Counted from the first letter of the stretch, positions 1 through 9,084 are shown. The stretch: 25,996 bases of DNA from a virus (IMGVR_UViG_3300002092_000174:1-25996), one strand, 5' to 3'. Made by a program: numbers and translations. Notes: generated by a model from the letters alone, not told the origin.

Positions 1-70
1 ATAGAGAATCATCACCCGCACCTGCTTTGCCAGTTGGCTCACTACAGTTGCAGCAGTATTCATATTTCAT
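1..70 (-). CDS. hypothetical protein, partial (runs off window edge)
   Basis: Hand-translated MKYEYCCNCSEPTGKAGAGDDSL...; ATG at 70 with AAGGAG RBS overlapping the end of the upstream gene. Confidence 0.6.
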   Translation of the reverse strand, partial: MKYEYCCNCSEPTGKAGAGDDSL

Positions 71-73
71 GTC

Positions 74-454
74 TTACTCCTTAATGCCGTGGGCGGCTTC
101 GATGGCTCTGGCAAAGGCGATGACATATTTCTTGGTCATCCGAAAATTGTCATCATCTCCGTAAAGTTCTTTTATCTCCTCATCCGTCAGCGGCTTGCGC
201 TGTGGTGGGGTGGTGTAAAGGGGGATGTGTTCTACCTTTGCACCATGAATGTAGTTTCCTTTTTTAAACTCTAAAAGTTTTCCAGCCCCCTCAAATAAAA
301 CAAGATACGCCACAGGCTCTTGCTCTGGCTGTGCCAATGCCGCCTCTATTTCTCTTATTACGACATAGCGTGTATCTACATCATATTTACTGTCTGGCGT
401 TTCTTCTGGTTGTTTTTTAATCCAATCAAGTGCCATTTCTAATGCTTGTCTCAT
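74..454 (-). CDS. hypothetical phage protein
   Basis: 126 aa ORF, ATGA overlap with upstream gene; AQPEQEPVA / PLYT / RKPLTDEEI / FARAIEAAHGI segments typical of small variable proteobacterial phage proteins. Confidence 0.8.
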   Translation of the reverse strand: MRQALEMALDWIKKQPEETPDSKYDVDTRYVVIREIEAALAQPEQEPVAYLVLFEGAGKLLEFKKGNYIHGAKVEHIPLYTTPPQRKPLTDEEIKELYGDDDNFRMTKKYVIAFARAIEAAHGIKE

Positions 455-783
455 TGTTTGTTCTCCAATTTAGCCAATCGGTCATCTAGTTCGCGTATCA
501 GCACACGGGCAATGGCTAGTTCTTCCATCGCTTTCACAGGGTAGCCATGCATATGTTTGACATATGTTTCGCAGTGCCAGTACTGCGCCCTAACCATGCA
601 GTCCATAGCGTTCTTGATGCGTACTTCTTCGGGGTAATCCTTGGCACTTAGGTGCGCATCACCGTATGCATCTTTGTATAGCCCAAGGCGTTCGTTCTCG
701 TCGTGCAGGGCTTGCAGGACTGCTTCCTTGCGCTGTTTGGCTTGCCGTTCAATCTCGTTGAATGCTTCGTCTTCTGGTGTCAT
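451..783 (-). CDS. hypothetical phage protein
   Basis: 110 aa ORF, GAAGGA RBS, packed directly after the polymerase gene. Confidence 0.75.
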   Translation of the reverse strand: MTPEDEAFNEIERQAKQRKEAVLQALHDENERLGLYKDAYGDAHLSAKDYPEEVRIKNAMDCMVRAQYWHCETYVKHMHGYPVKAMEELAIARVLIRELDDRLAKLENKQ

Positions 784-798
784 TTGTCAATTCCTTCT

Positions 799-2685
799 TT
801 ACTTATACTCTACCATATCGCCATAACTTGTGCCATACTGCGCCTCGCAAGTCACGGGTAAACCCCTAGCCCAGTCAGGTGTCCAGTTCATGCACTCGAC
901 GATATAAGCAAGCGCCTTATCCTTCTCGGCTTCACTAACCACGACAACTGCCGCGTCATGTACCGTGAGGGCTACGCGATACCGCTCTTGTATCTTGAGC
1001 ATCTGTTGCCCAACCACAATCCTAGCCAACGCTTGAACTACGTTCTCAACTAGCGATCCACCCCACAGTGAGACGTTACCTTTACGGGACTTGTACTCGT
1101 ATCTAGATTTAGATTCGTCAGAGTTGAGTTTGAGTTCGGGGTAGCGGATATACAGCCCATTCGGTAGGCGCAGTCCTTCGGGGGTAACAGCCACGCACTC
1201 ATGCTCACCGTAGTAATAGTTTTTCTTTTTGTTAGGCCACGTGGCTAAATGTTTTATTACGCCACCGCCTTCGTCCCATAGTGCTTTGATCTTATTGTTA
1301 TCAGTGCGGTATGTATTAACATATTTGTCAGCGTCCTCAAATGAAACAATTGCCCCGGGGGGTGTTGTCTTGAGCGTGTGCTGCAACTTTAACGCACCAG
1401 TACCATATCCAAGACCAAGAATGCATGTCTTACCTACAAACCGCTCGATGGGGTTCGCCTTAGTGATTGGGCGATCATATATTTTGGTTGCGAATACTGA
1501 GTAAACATCTTCTCCCTTGCGAAACTGCTCGACCACATCATCCTGCCCTGCCAACCATGCGAGGACACGCGCCTCGATTTGAGACGAGTCGCAGTTGATA
1601 ACGATGCAGTCATCGGGCGCAACCACCGCGTTCTTGAGAGCCTTCTTCTTTTTATCCCTGCTTGGTAGATTCTGGAAATTGACCTTATCTGATCCAGCCC
1701 ACCTTCCTGTATGCGCCCCGTAGTATTTGAGGGGGATGGGGAGCATGCCTTTGTTACGCTTACCAACGTCGATGAATCTTTCAATCCTTGACTCTTCAAT
1801 GGTTGACTTAGTACCCAGTCGAACAGAACATAACTGTTGTATGAATGGGTCTTCATGTTCAGTAAGCGCCAAAAAGCCTTCATCGTTTTTAGCCAACGCA
1901 TATGTTTCCTTTCCAGTTGTTTTGCTTGGTTTCATTGGCACAACAATGTTGTGTTCGGTTAGTAGTTCAGCAAACTGTTTATTACTAGCTAGACGCTTGC
2001 GCACCTGCTCTGCTGTCTCGCAGTTGAGTTTCTCCATCAATCCTTCAAGCAGTGCGTTCTTCTCTTCGCGTAGTTCGTCAGCGCGTTCTTGCAGTAGGGC
2101 ATCATCAACATAGAACACGGGGTGGGTGAACATCCGCAGTGTCATGTCAATAAGCTTTGTTTCATCTTCGGGGAATGCGCTCGACAATATATTGAACAGC
2201 GTAAAAGTAAGGTCTACGTCATTCTTGCAATACTCACCGTAGCGGGCTAGTTCTTCTTTAGTGAAGTCGAGTCGCCTCTTACCTTCAGCCAAGATAACTT
2301 CTTCACCCTTCTCGCCTATCTGATAGCGCGTGGCAAGCGCCTTGAGTGAGCCACCTACATCAACACCGTGAAGCGCACGAGCCATGCACAGGGTGTCATA
2401 CATGAACGCGGGCGTAATGCCATACTTCCAACTAAGAATACATCCATCGAAGAGGGTGTTGTGACACACCAGCGCGCTGCTGCCCCAGTCAAATGTGGAT
2501 AAGAATTCTTTTATCTTGTCGTTACTGCCTGTGAACCAGACAGTTGGGGCATCGTCAACCTTCACGCCAACGCCTATTACCTCAAAGCGTTTGTCGCGCA
2601 CATATTCTTCTGTGGTCTGATGCTTAAAACCAAGTTTGATCTTGGAGTCGTAGTAGGTCTCAAAGTCAAGGGTAATTAAACTCAC
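799..2685 (-). CDS. polA: DNA polymerase family A (3'-5' exonuclease plus polymerase domains)
   Basis: ExoI LDFETY, ExoII HNTLFD, ExoIII YCKND; HTGRW..NFQN; motif A DSSQIEARVLAWLA; motif B RFVGKTCILGLGYG; motif C TVHD; GTG start. Confidence 0.95.
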   Translation of the reverse strand: MSLITLDFETYYDSKIKLGFKHQTTEEYVRDKRFEVIGVGVKVDDAPTVWFTGSNDKIKEFLSTFDWGSSALVCHNTLFDGCILSWKYGITPAFMYDTLCMARALHGVDVGGSLKALATRYQIGEKGEEVILAEGKRRLDFTKEELARYGEYCKNDVDLTFTLFNILSSAFPEDETKLIDMTLRMFTHPVFYVDDALLQERADELREEKNALLEGLMEKLNCETAEQVRKRLASNKQFAELLTEHNIVVPMKPSKTTGKETYALAKNDEGFLALTEHEDPFIQQLCSVRLGTKSTIEESRIERFIDVGKRNKGMLPIPLKYYGAHTGRWAGSDKVNFQNLPSRDKKKKALKNAVVAPDDCIVINCDSSQIEARVLAWLAGQDDVVEQFRKGEDVYSVFATKIYDRPITKANPIERFVGKTCILGLGYGTGALKLQHTLKTTPPGAIVSFEDADKYVNTYRTDNNKIKALWDEGGGVIKHLATWPNKKKNYYYGEHECVAVTPEGLRLPNGLYIRYPELKLNSDESKSRYEYKSRKGNVSLWGGSLVENVVQALARIVVGQQMLKIQERYRVALTVHDAAVVVVSEAEKDKALAYIVECMNWTPDWARGLPVTCEAQYGTSYGDMVEYK

Positions 2686-2718
2686 AGTGGTGCGTCCTCG
2701 TATTGCTCTATTCGTTTC

Positions 2719-2964
2719 TTAGTAGATGCGCGCATTACTTTTTCTAACACGCTTGGGTCTACGCGTTTGAATGGATTCCAATCGTTTGCGGATATTCTCG
2801 AGATGAGTTCGTCTCTCGTAATCAATTGCCTCTTGCGGGACAACAAGTTCTTGGGTTGTAAATCGGTGTTCGTTTGCACATTCTCTCCTTCGTGTATGCC
2901 CAAAAGTGGGCGATTGTCTTGTTTCTTTCACTAATGACCATGCACCGCACTCGGGGCATTTCAT
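2719..2964 (-). CDS. NrdR-N-terminal-like zinc-ribbon protein
   Basis: MKCPECG...VKETR...RRRECANEHRFTTQE matches the NrdR Zn-ribbon pattern, with no ATP cone; ATGA overlap with upstream gene. Confidence 0.8.
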   Translation of the reverse strand: MKCPECGAWSLVKETRQSPTFGHTRRRECANEHRFTTQELVVPQEAIDYERRTHLENIRKRLESIQTRRPKRVRKSNARIY

Positions 2965-3365
2965 ACTGATCTGCCTTGCGCAGGGTTATTCATAGCGTTC
3001 ATTTCATCCGCTTTAGTTGCCCACGGATTGACGCTAGTGGTTGATATAGTGCCATTACCTATCGAGGTGCTAAACAAATTCCTTGGGTCAGTGAGTCCTG
3101 TCGCGTAGCGCCCGTCGGCTTTATATCGAATAGTATTTTCAGCGCTACCCAATGGTTCGCGCTCACCCGCTAGTGTTGCAAGAACTTCTCCATTGAAGTG
3201 TTCTATCTTCGCTCGGTCGTATGCTTCTTTAAGAGCCTTTTTATCTTCGTCAGATAAGCACTCGGTCATGTTCATTACTCGCGCCCACTTGGAAGCCAAG
3301 CCCTCAACAAACTCTTCGGGGTGACTCGCCATGCGTGCGATCAAAATTTCTGTTCCTGTTTCCAT
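2961..3365 (-). CDS. hypothetical phage protein
   Basis: 134 aa ORF with AAGGA RBS. Confidence 0.75.
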   Translation of the reverse strand: METGTEILIARMASHPEEFVEGLASKWARVMNMTECLSDEDKKALKEAYDRAKIEHFNGEVLATLAGEREPLGSAENTIRYKADGRYATGLTDPRNLFSTSIGNGTISTTSVNPWATKADEMNAMNNPAQGRSV

Positions 3366-3449
3366 ATCAACTTCCTTTGTTTAAGAACTGGTATCAAATT
3401 AGCAGTCCACCGAACGATGGGTTGCTAATCTTAGAGTTTTAATAGACAC

Positions 3450-3482
3450 AAAAATAGGGGGCGATGGACTAACCATGCCCCC
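3450..3482 (-). terminator. probable intrinsic terminator
   Basis: Minus strand GGGGGC-ATGG-TTAGT-CCAT-C-GCCCCC followed by TATTTTT, just after the DUF3310 stop. Confidence 0.55.
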
Positions 3483-3488
3483 TTGTGG

Positions 3489-3980
3489 TTACTTACTTAA
3501 CTTAGCGATTTCTCTATTGAGATACCAACGCGCTTTGCACAAGTCCTCGTGCTTGTCGCCCTTATGGTCGGCTCGTGTAATGTATTTCACAACATTGCCC
3601 AAGTTGTATCCCAACGACTTCGCTTCAATAAAGTCGATAGTCTCGATACCACCTGCCGTGTAGTGGGGCGGATGATTGACCATATCGGTGTGGTGTGTCT
3701 GAACAATCTCTTTTGGTTCAGTAGTGTCTTTAGCCATGTGCTTCAGTAACTCAACTGCAACTACATCTCTTGCGCTAGGCATGCGTGCCTTCTGTTTCCA
3801 AACAGCATGCTTACCACGACCGACTTTGAATAGGCGTAACTTCTTGCGTGCGTTGTATAAAAGATTATGTGCGGAGTCCATATTCACGCCAACTTCAGTG
3901 GCGATGTCTTTCGCTGATGTATTATGGTTTTTAGCCACGAGATTTGTTGCTCGTGCTATGTTGCTTTTCGATCTAATCAT
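3489..3980 (-). CDS. DUF3310 (T7 gp1.7-like) domain protein with basic, possibly HTH, N-terminal extension
   Basis: DMVNHPPHYTAGGIETIDFIE...GNVVKYITRADHKG...EDLCKARWYL is the DUF3310 signature; start moved to ATG 3980 (AAGGAG RBS, coupled to upstream stop). Confidence 0.85.
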   Translation of the reverse strand: MIRSKSNIARATNLVAKNHNTSAKDIATEVGVNMDSAHNLLYNARKKLRLFKVGRGKHAVWKQKARMPSARDVVAVELLKHMAKDTTEPKEIVQTHHTDMVNHPPHYTAGGIETIDFIEAKSLGYNLGNVVKYITRADHKGDKHEDLCKARWYLNREIAKLSK

Positions 3981-4179
3981 GTGCCTTCTCCTTTTTGATA
4001 CGGCTTTTAACGGATACGATTCCAACCCCATGTTGGTTTCGTGCTTCTTGCATAGCATCTGCGAGTTCATACGCTAGGGCGGGAATAGTGGGCGGGTGTT
4101 CTCCTTTCATTAGTAACCCCACCATTGCAAACCCTGCGTGTAAATCTCGCAAATTGCTACGATCTTCTTCATCAGTCAT
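3973..4179 (-). CDS. conserved small phage protein
   Basis: LRDLHAGFAMVGLL...AYELADAM resembles a widespread small phage family (LRDxFAxxAMxG...AYxxADAM). Confidence 0.75.
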   Translation of the reverse strand: MTDEEDRSNLRDLHAGFAMVGLLMKGEHPPTIPALAYELADAMQEARNQHGVGIVSVKSRIKKEKAHD

Positions 4180-4462
4180 AAGAGTTCCTTATATGTTCTT
4201 CAAAGATATCAATGTTGTCCTCGTTTACAAGCCAAGCATCGCCACCTGTTCGCTTAATAGTTTCTAGTTCCTTGCGTTGTAGAGCAGTGAGGACACCCTT
4301 GCCCGCCTTTGCTTCTATCGCTAGAAACTTTCCCTTGTGACAACACAAGAAGTCGGGTATCCCTGCGTTGCCATACCCCGCACCATGTGGCATTGCGTAC
4401 CATATAGCGTGTGCCTTGAGAATCTTCTTGATCTTCTCTTTGACCTTGGCTTCGGGTGTCAT
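4172..4462 (-). CDS. VRR-NUC domain nuclease (possible Holliday junction resolvase)
   Basis: MTPEAKVK...GIPDFL...IEAKAG...TALQ: PD-(D/E)xK VRR-NUC pattern. Confidence 0.88.
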   Translation of the reverse strand: MTPEAKVKEKIKKILKAHAIWYAMPHGAGYGNAGIPDFLCCHKGKFLAIEAKAGKGVLTALQRKELETIKRTGGDAWLVNEDNIDIFEEHIRNSYD

Positions 4463-4698
4463 GCTTGCCCCCTTGCTCGGATTGCTTCTGCATACGTTGA
4501 AAATGCACCTTTGGCTTCGTGTTCAGCATGAATGTCATCACACACCTCTGCACACGCCTCACGCTCTTTCTCTGCTACCAGTTTTGCAAAGGCTTCAAGT
4601 TCACAATACGTTATTTTCAACACATCGTATTCATCTGGGTTTGACGATGGGCTTGCACCAACTTGGTTAGCCATCTCAATAATTTCATCTTGTGTCAT
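4459..4698 (-). CDS. hypothetical phage protein
   Basis: 79 aa, GGAGG RBS, FAKLVAEKEREACAEVCD...AEAIRARG motif common in small phage proteins. Confidence 0.8.
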   Translation of the reverse strand: MTQDEIIEMANQVGASPSSNPDEYDVLKITYCELEAFAKLVAEKEREACAEVCDDIHAEHEAKGAFSTYAEAIRARGQA

Positions 4699-4799
4699 AT
4701 GTCCTCCCTACTGACCCATACGATTGCCACACCGACTAGCACAATAATGATTGCGCCTAGTCCCATTAGAAATACTGTCCATGCGATTGTTTCAAGCAT
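4695..4799 (-). CDS. 34 aa single-pass membrane peptide (not in ORF track)
   Basis: Hand-translated MLETIAWTVFLMGLGAIIIVLVGVAIVWVSREDI; GGAGGA RBS; fills the gap exactly with ATGA overlap. Confidence 0.7.
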   Translation of the reverse strand: MLETIAWTVFLMGLGAIIIVLVGVAIVWVSREDI

Positions 4800-5151
4800 T
4801 ATTTAGTCCTCCACCTTTCAGTGAATCGAGAGTTAACCGATCAAGAATTAATATGAAATACGAACGAGATGCACGCCAACCAACATCATCTAACTCCACG
4901 GATTGATTGTTTGTGTAGAGAGATATGTTGTCGAGATCGTGGTCATCTTCTATGTATGCGCCCTCATGTCCAAGAATCATTGCCATCTTGGATTTCAACG
5001 CATCAGGTAGGGTATCGTCTGTGTATCGCCTAACGGTTCTATCACCCACGAATACCGTGTAATGTTCATCTGCAACGCGCATCACTGGGACACGGATTAA
5101 ACCCCAATTCTTAGTATGCACAACTGGGCTAAGACCAGTAGGCATCAGCAT
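4792..5151 (-). CDS. hypothetical phage protein
   Basis: ORF 4792..5166; start most plausibly 5151 or 5145, coupled to upstream stop. Confidence 0.7.
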   Translation of the reverse strand: MLMPTGLSPVVHTKNWGLIRVPVMRVADEHYTVFVGDRTVRRYTDDTLPDALKSKMAMILGHEGAYIEDDHDLDNISLYTNNQSVELDDVGWRASRSYFILILDRLTLDSLKGGGLNNA

Positions 5152-6059
5152 GGTGTCACCATCCACGCATGGTCGAACTGTGATGGGCGGGAGTGGTACA
5201 TAAACACAGCATCAAGATTCGGGTCATATCCATCCATGATAGGTATGAAACCTTGCTTGTTATGGTTAGAGTTCTCGTAGGCTAACTTGGTCATGGTCAT
5301 TACTGGAATGAACTCTGCAAGTTGCTCGTAACGAGCATAGCGTTTGAATGGTTCAACTGTTTCATACTTCATTTCTGATTGATCTGAACTGACTTTTGTT
5401 AACTTGAATTTACCGACGAGGTAGTGGTCATTACTGTCAACACCGATCATGTAGAAAGGGTTAGTGAAGAACCGATTACTCTCTTCGATTTTTGTTTTCT
5501 TGATGTTATCTGCGTTTTCAAATTTGTCAAGTATTATTTGACATTTATTTTGGTCTACATGCACCCATTCGCTATTAGGACTTTTACCTAGTGCGGTCAA
5601 CAAAAGCGCATGAACTTCATCACCATTCAACCCATGCTCTTTACTATGACTACCTAAATCTCTACGCAATCTGCTTACTGCATCGGTGAGTCTGCGTACA
5701 TAACCATGAGTAGTTTTCTCCGCAGTAGGCACTGCTTCCATGCGCTTGAGTGTTGTCATGAGTGAAGAGATCTTTACGCTACCAATAGTCTCTCTATCTT
5801 GCGTGCTACTACCTCGTTGTTTCCTATACCAAGGCGAGCGGTATTTGTATTGAGTTTCATCGTGGTCATACCACACATGGCTCACAGCAAAGCCATTAGG
5901 GTGACACATCATGTATCCATCCCCTTGTGACTTTTGATATACCTTTAGACCATAGGTAAATTGCAGTTCACGCACCAGTGGGAAGATCTTTGAGGCTTTC
6001 AGCCCCTCGTATAACTCCTCACTACCAAACCCCTCTACAAAGTATCTCTCTATCGACAT
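5145..6059 (-). CDS. hypothetical phage protein (~304 aa)
   Basis: Long ORF; GGGAGA RBS before ATG 6059. Confidence 0.8.
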   Translation of the reverse strand: MSIERYFVEGFGSEELYEGLKASKIFPLVRELQFTYGLKVYQKSQGDGYMMCHPNGFAVSHVWYDHDETQYKYRSPWYRKQRGSSTQDRETIGSVKISSLMTTLKRMEAVPTAEKTTHGYVRRLTDAVSRLRRDLGSHSKEHGLNGDEVHALLLTALGKSPNSEWVHVDQNKCQIILDKFENADNIKKTKIEESNRFFTNPFYMIGVDSNDHYLVGKFKLTKVSSDQSEMKYETVEPFKRYARYEQLAEFIPVMTMTKLAYENSNHNKQGFIPIMDGYDPNLDAVFMYHSRPSQFDHAWMVTPC

Positions 6060-6060
6060 A

Positions 6061-6255
6061 TCAATCTCCCAGTTGTGGTTCTCTGACTTTAATGATGACC
6101 GCATAATCAAGTAACTTGATCTGTTTGATCGTCTCTTTTGTGAGCGTTACTGTCCCTGCAATTCGTGCAAAGATACACGCCTTCTCGCACACAGGGTAAA
6201 ACTTCGTTACCCCATACACATCTCTCATCTCTACTTCTATGGCATTCAGACTCAT
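6061..6255 (-). CDS. hypothetical phage protein
   Basis: MSLNAIEVEMRDVYGVTKFYPVCEKA...; ATGA overlap with upstream stop, GGAG RBS. Confidence 0.7.
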   Translation of the reverse strand: MSLNAIEVEMRDVYGVTKFYPVCEKACIFARIAGTVTLTKETIKQIKLLDYAVIIKVREPQLGD

Positions 6256-7337
6256 GTTGCTTGCTCCATTGTTTGACCGTTGACTACTACTTTCACACCC
6301 CACTCACACGCAGGGAATTTCTTACCGCCCTGATAGGACACAGGCTTGAGAATCTCGGGGCTTTGTTTGTATATCTCTTTAGCGATTCTTCTCTTAGTTG
6401 AGATGAAGATGTTCTCAGGCGTGTCGTCGTTCATAGCGTAATAGTGAGAAGAGCCATATCTCATGCGATACCCGACTCGCTTTACGTCATACCCAAGGGT
6501 GAACAACAAGAACGCATCCAGTGGCGCATCGTCTATGAACTCCTCTGCTTTCGCTATCAAATCGTTGTTTTTATATTCATGTTTCTTATGCGCCCCCTCG
6601 CCATAGATACCCTCGACGATTTCTACACAAGTAGAGTTGATCGTGTCTAAGTTCATAGCCTTGAGCATCACCTCAGAAACTTTGAACATATGCTCATACT
6701 TCGACAAGATACCCTTGGATGCTTTGCGATTGATGTGGTTAGTGACTACCATATACGGTGTTATCGCTTGCATCGTTTCGCAGTTTACTTTCATACCTTT
6801 CCATATCGTATGGAAGATAGTGTCACCATCGCCCCACCCATTGCTAAATATGAGTCCACCTCTTCGTGAATCGTTAGCAAAGTAGCCCGAACTATGTTGA
6901 GATAGAAAGCAACGATCGCCTTGGTAGTAGCGTGACTTAGTAAACTCAAACGAGTTGTCAGGGCGCACAGTGCCCATGATGTTATGACCTTTGTCTCGTC
7001 TGTGATACTCACACTCTTTGAGAGAAATCCATTTACCATCGACCTCCCCATACTTATGGAACTTCATCACATAGGTTTGCGCGCGCTGTGTGCCAGTCGC
7101 TTTTCTGAATTTTCTGTGTTCGAGTTTCAGTCGTATGTATTCGAGTCTATCAATCTCAGTTGTATGCCATGTATCGCCATACACGATGTCGAATACTGTC
7201 GCACCATCCTCGTCTCGTCTGAGAAAGTATTTGTGGTTTTGCTTGCGGTTGCCGATAGGAAACCTATTTACGTTTCCACGATAGGGTGGGACGCTATTTG
7301 TGATGTTGAGCAGTCGCTCGTAGTTAAGTGCTTTCAT
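6252..7337 (-). CDS. hypothetical phage protein (361 aa)
   Basis: Long ORF, TAATG overlap with upstream gene. Confidence 0.82.
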   Translation of the reverse strand: MKALNYERLLNITNSVPPYRGNVNRFPIGNRKQNHKYFLRRDEDGATVFDIVYGDTWHTTEIDRLEYIRLKLEHRKFRKATGTQRAQTYVMKFHKYGEVDGKWISLKECEYHRRDKGHNIMGTVRPDNSFEFTKSRYYQGDRCFLSQHSSGYFANDSRRGGLIFSNGWGDGDTIFHTIWKGMKVNCETMQAITPYMVVTNHINRKASKGILSKYEHMFKVSEVMLKAMNLDTINSTCVEIVEGIYGEGAHKKHEYKNNDLIAKAEEFIDDAPLDAFLLFTLGYDVKRVGYRMRYGSSHYYAMNDDTPENIFISTKRRIAKEIYKQSPEILKPVSYQGGKKFPACEWGVKVVVNGQTMEQAT

Positions 7338-7546
7338 TAGTCTTTCCCTTCTTTGTTAATCTCATCAATCAAATCTAGAATTACTCTCCAGTTCTCTTGG
7401 TCTGCGTTGTCTTTCAGCATCTCTTCCAATGCTTCTAGATGCGCTCTGTCACCGTGATGCCTGATTAGTATTCTCGCTATCGTCTCTTGTACTTTGCGTA
7501 TGTTCGTCTCCTTGTCTAGTGTTATCGGTGCTTCCCACTCGTTCAT
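7337..7546 (-). CDS. small helical hypothetical protein
   Basis: ORF 7337..7567; GGAGGA RBS favours ATG 7546; resembles the upstream neighbour. Confidence 0.65.
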   Translation of the reverse strand: MNEWEAPITLDKETNIRKVQETIARILIRHHGDRAHLEALEEMLKDNADQENWRVILDLIDEINKEGKD

Positions 7547-7787
7547 CTTGTCCTCCCATTTCATCAAGGTAAGTTAATACATCCCTCCACATGAGAGGGT
7601 TCTGTGTGTTGCTAGCAAGTTTCTCTACGCAGTAAAAATATGCGCCATCTCCTTTCTCTGCTAAGAGTTCCTCCGCTAGTTCTTTCGACATGCGGTGTCG
7701 TGATGTAGGCGTGATGTTCATAGCGTATGCGAGTTCTCGTAATGACATCTTCAAAGAATTTTCAGTCAATGGCTCAGTCATCACCAA
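7449..7787 (-). CDS. small helical hypothetical protein with C-terminal read-through tail
   Basis: 112 aa ORF, start uncertain; last ~32 codons overlap the next gene in another frame. Confidence 0.65.
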   Translation of the reverse strand: MVMTEPLTENSLKMSLRELAYAMNITPTSRHRMSKELAEELLAEKGDGAYFYCVEKLASNTQNPLMWRDVLTYLDEMGGQDERVGSTDNTRQGDEHTQSTRDDSENTNQASR

Positions 7788-9084
7788 ACACCACCATCTT
7801 GCCGACAGGGGGCTCGAAGTATTTGTTGCGTGTGATCATCCACATCGTTGGGCTAGAGATATTCCATTGGATATCGCCCTCTACATACCCGTCAGTGAAC
7901 ACGATCACACACTCCGCTTGAATCTTCTCTTTGTTGATGTATTCATTGACACACCCGACATGAGTTCCACCACCGCCTAATGGTTTAAGCAACGATGCGA
8001 TGCTTGCATACTGTGATCTCTCGAACACTTGCTCACCATGAACCTCGGTGTCCCACCACAACACACGAACCCGCTCGGGTTGCGCGATGTCGCAAATTGA
8101 GACCAGTTCCGTAGCGAACTCAGTAATCTCATCACTGCCAATCGAACCTGATGTGTCAATAGCGATCACTACCTCACCGATCGTTTCGTTCTCCATGCTT
8201 GGCAAGTAGATGTCATTAGCCATCTGACGCTTGTTCATCTTGCGCCAAGTGAATTCATCCTTACCTCTGATTGATGAGTTCACAAAGTCACGCAATGCTT
8301 CACGCCAATCAATCTTGGGCTCGAGTAGATCTGAGATTGTCTTGGGTAACTTCGCACCCATGCGACCCGCTAAGATGCCACCCTCACGCAACGCCTTGTC
8401 GATTGCATCGTTGATCTCTTTGGCTTGCTCATGCGTTAGATCAGTTAGATCACCGAACCCATGCTCGTCTGAGTCAGAAAGGTCATACTCCTTGCCATTG
8501 ACTTCGACCGACTCCCACTCTTGCTTATCTTGCTCTCCACCCGACTGTGGATTGCTATCTCCATCGGCAGGGTTGCTAGGGTTATCACATGGCTTGCCGT
8601 TCTGTGGTTTTGGTTTTGGCTTGGCGTGCTTCTTCAAATAGGTAAACACCTCACGCATCGACCAGTTGTGAAACATCGGGTCATACACCGCACCATCAGG
8701 CAACTCGACAATGCGTTCCTGTGTGTTAACGATGCATCCCTTAATATTCTCAATGATGTCGTTGACCACAAAGTCGGCTGCCAAATTAGCCATCTTGCGG
8801 TTCTCCTCAAACATCATCGCGCCATGCGTTATATGCTTGAGCCCCACATGAAGATTCTCATGCAATACCAAGCCACGACGCTTGGGTGCAGTGGCGATAC
8901 GCTTCAAGAACTCACGACCATAGACCTTGTTGACACCATCGGTGTATGCCGTAGGACATCCACTATCGACGATCTCACTCTTACCCATCAACATCACGCC
9001 TGAGTAGAACGCTGTCTCGGGATGCTTCATTAGCGCAATGTGATCACGCTTGAGCAATGTCTCTTCTCTATCTTTAACTAGCAT
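7774..9084 (-). CDS. metallopeptidase (HExxH) plus VWA-like domain protein (DUF2201-type)
   Basis: PTAYTDG, LHENLH, ANLAADFVVN in the N-domain; acidic/Pro linker; MIDAS-like AIDTSGS, GGGT, VFTDG in the C-domain; GGAGG RBS before ATG 9084. Confidence 0.88.
   Translation of the reverse strand: MLVKDREETLLKRDHIALMKHPETAFYSGVMLMGKSEIVDSGCPTAYTDGVNKVYGREFLKRIATAPKRRGLVLHENLHVGLKHITHGAMMFEENRKMANLAADFVVNDIIENIKGCIVNTQERIVELPDGAVYDPMFHNWSMREVFTYLKKHAKPKPKPQNGKPCDNPSNPADGDSNPQSGGEQDKQEWESVEVNGKEYDLSDSDEHGFGDLTDLTHEQAKEINDAIDKALREGGILAGRMGAKLPKTISDLLEPKIDWREALRDFVNSSIRGKDEFTWRKMNKRQMANDIYLPSMENETIGEVVIAIDTSGSIGSDEITEFATELVSICDIAQPERVRVLWWDTEVHGEQVFERSQYASIASLLKPLGGGGTHVGCVNEYINKEKIQAECVIVFTDGYVEGDIQWNISSPTMWMITRNKYFEPPVGKMVVFGDD

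Noticed and set aside
799-2685. Intein or intron in polA or terL
   Set aside because: Both ORFs are of normal length with contiguous motifs and no splice-junction signatures
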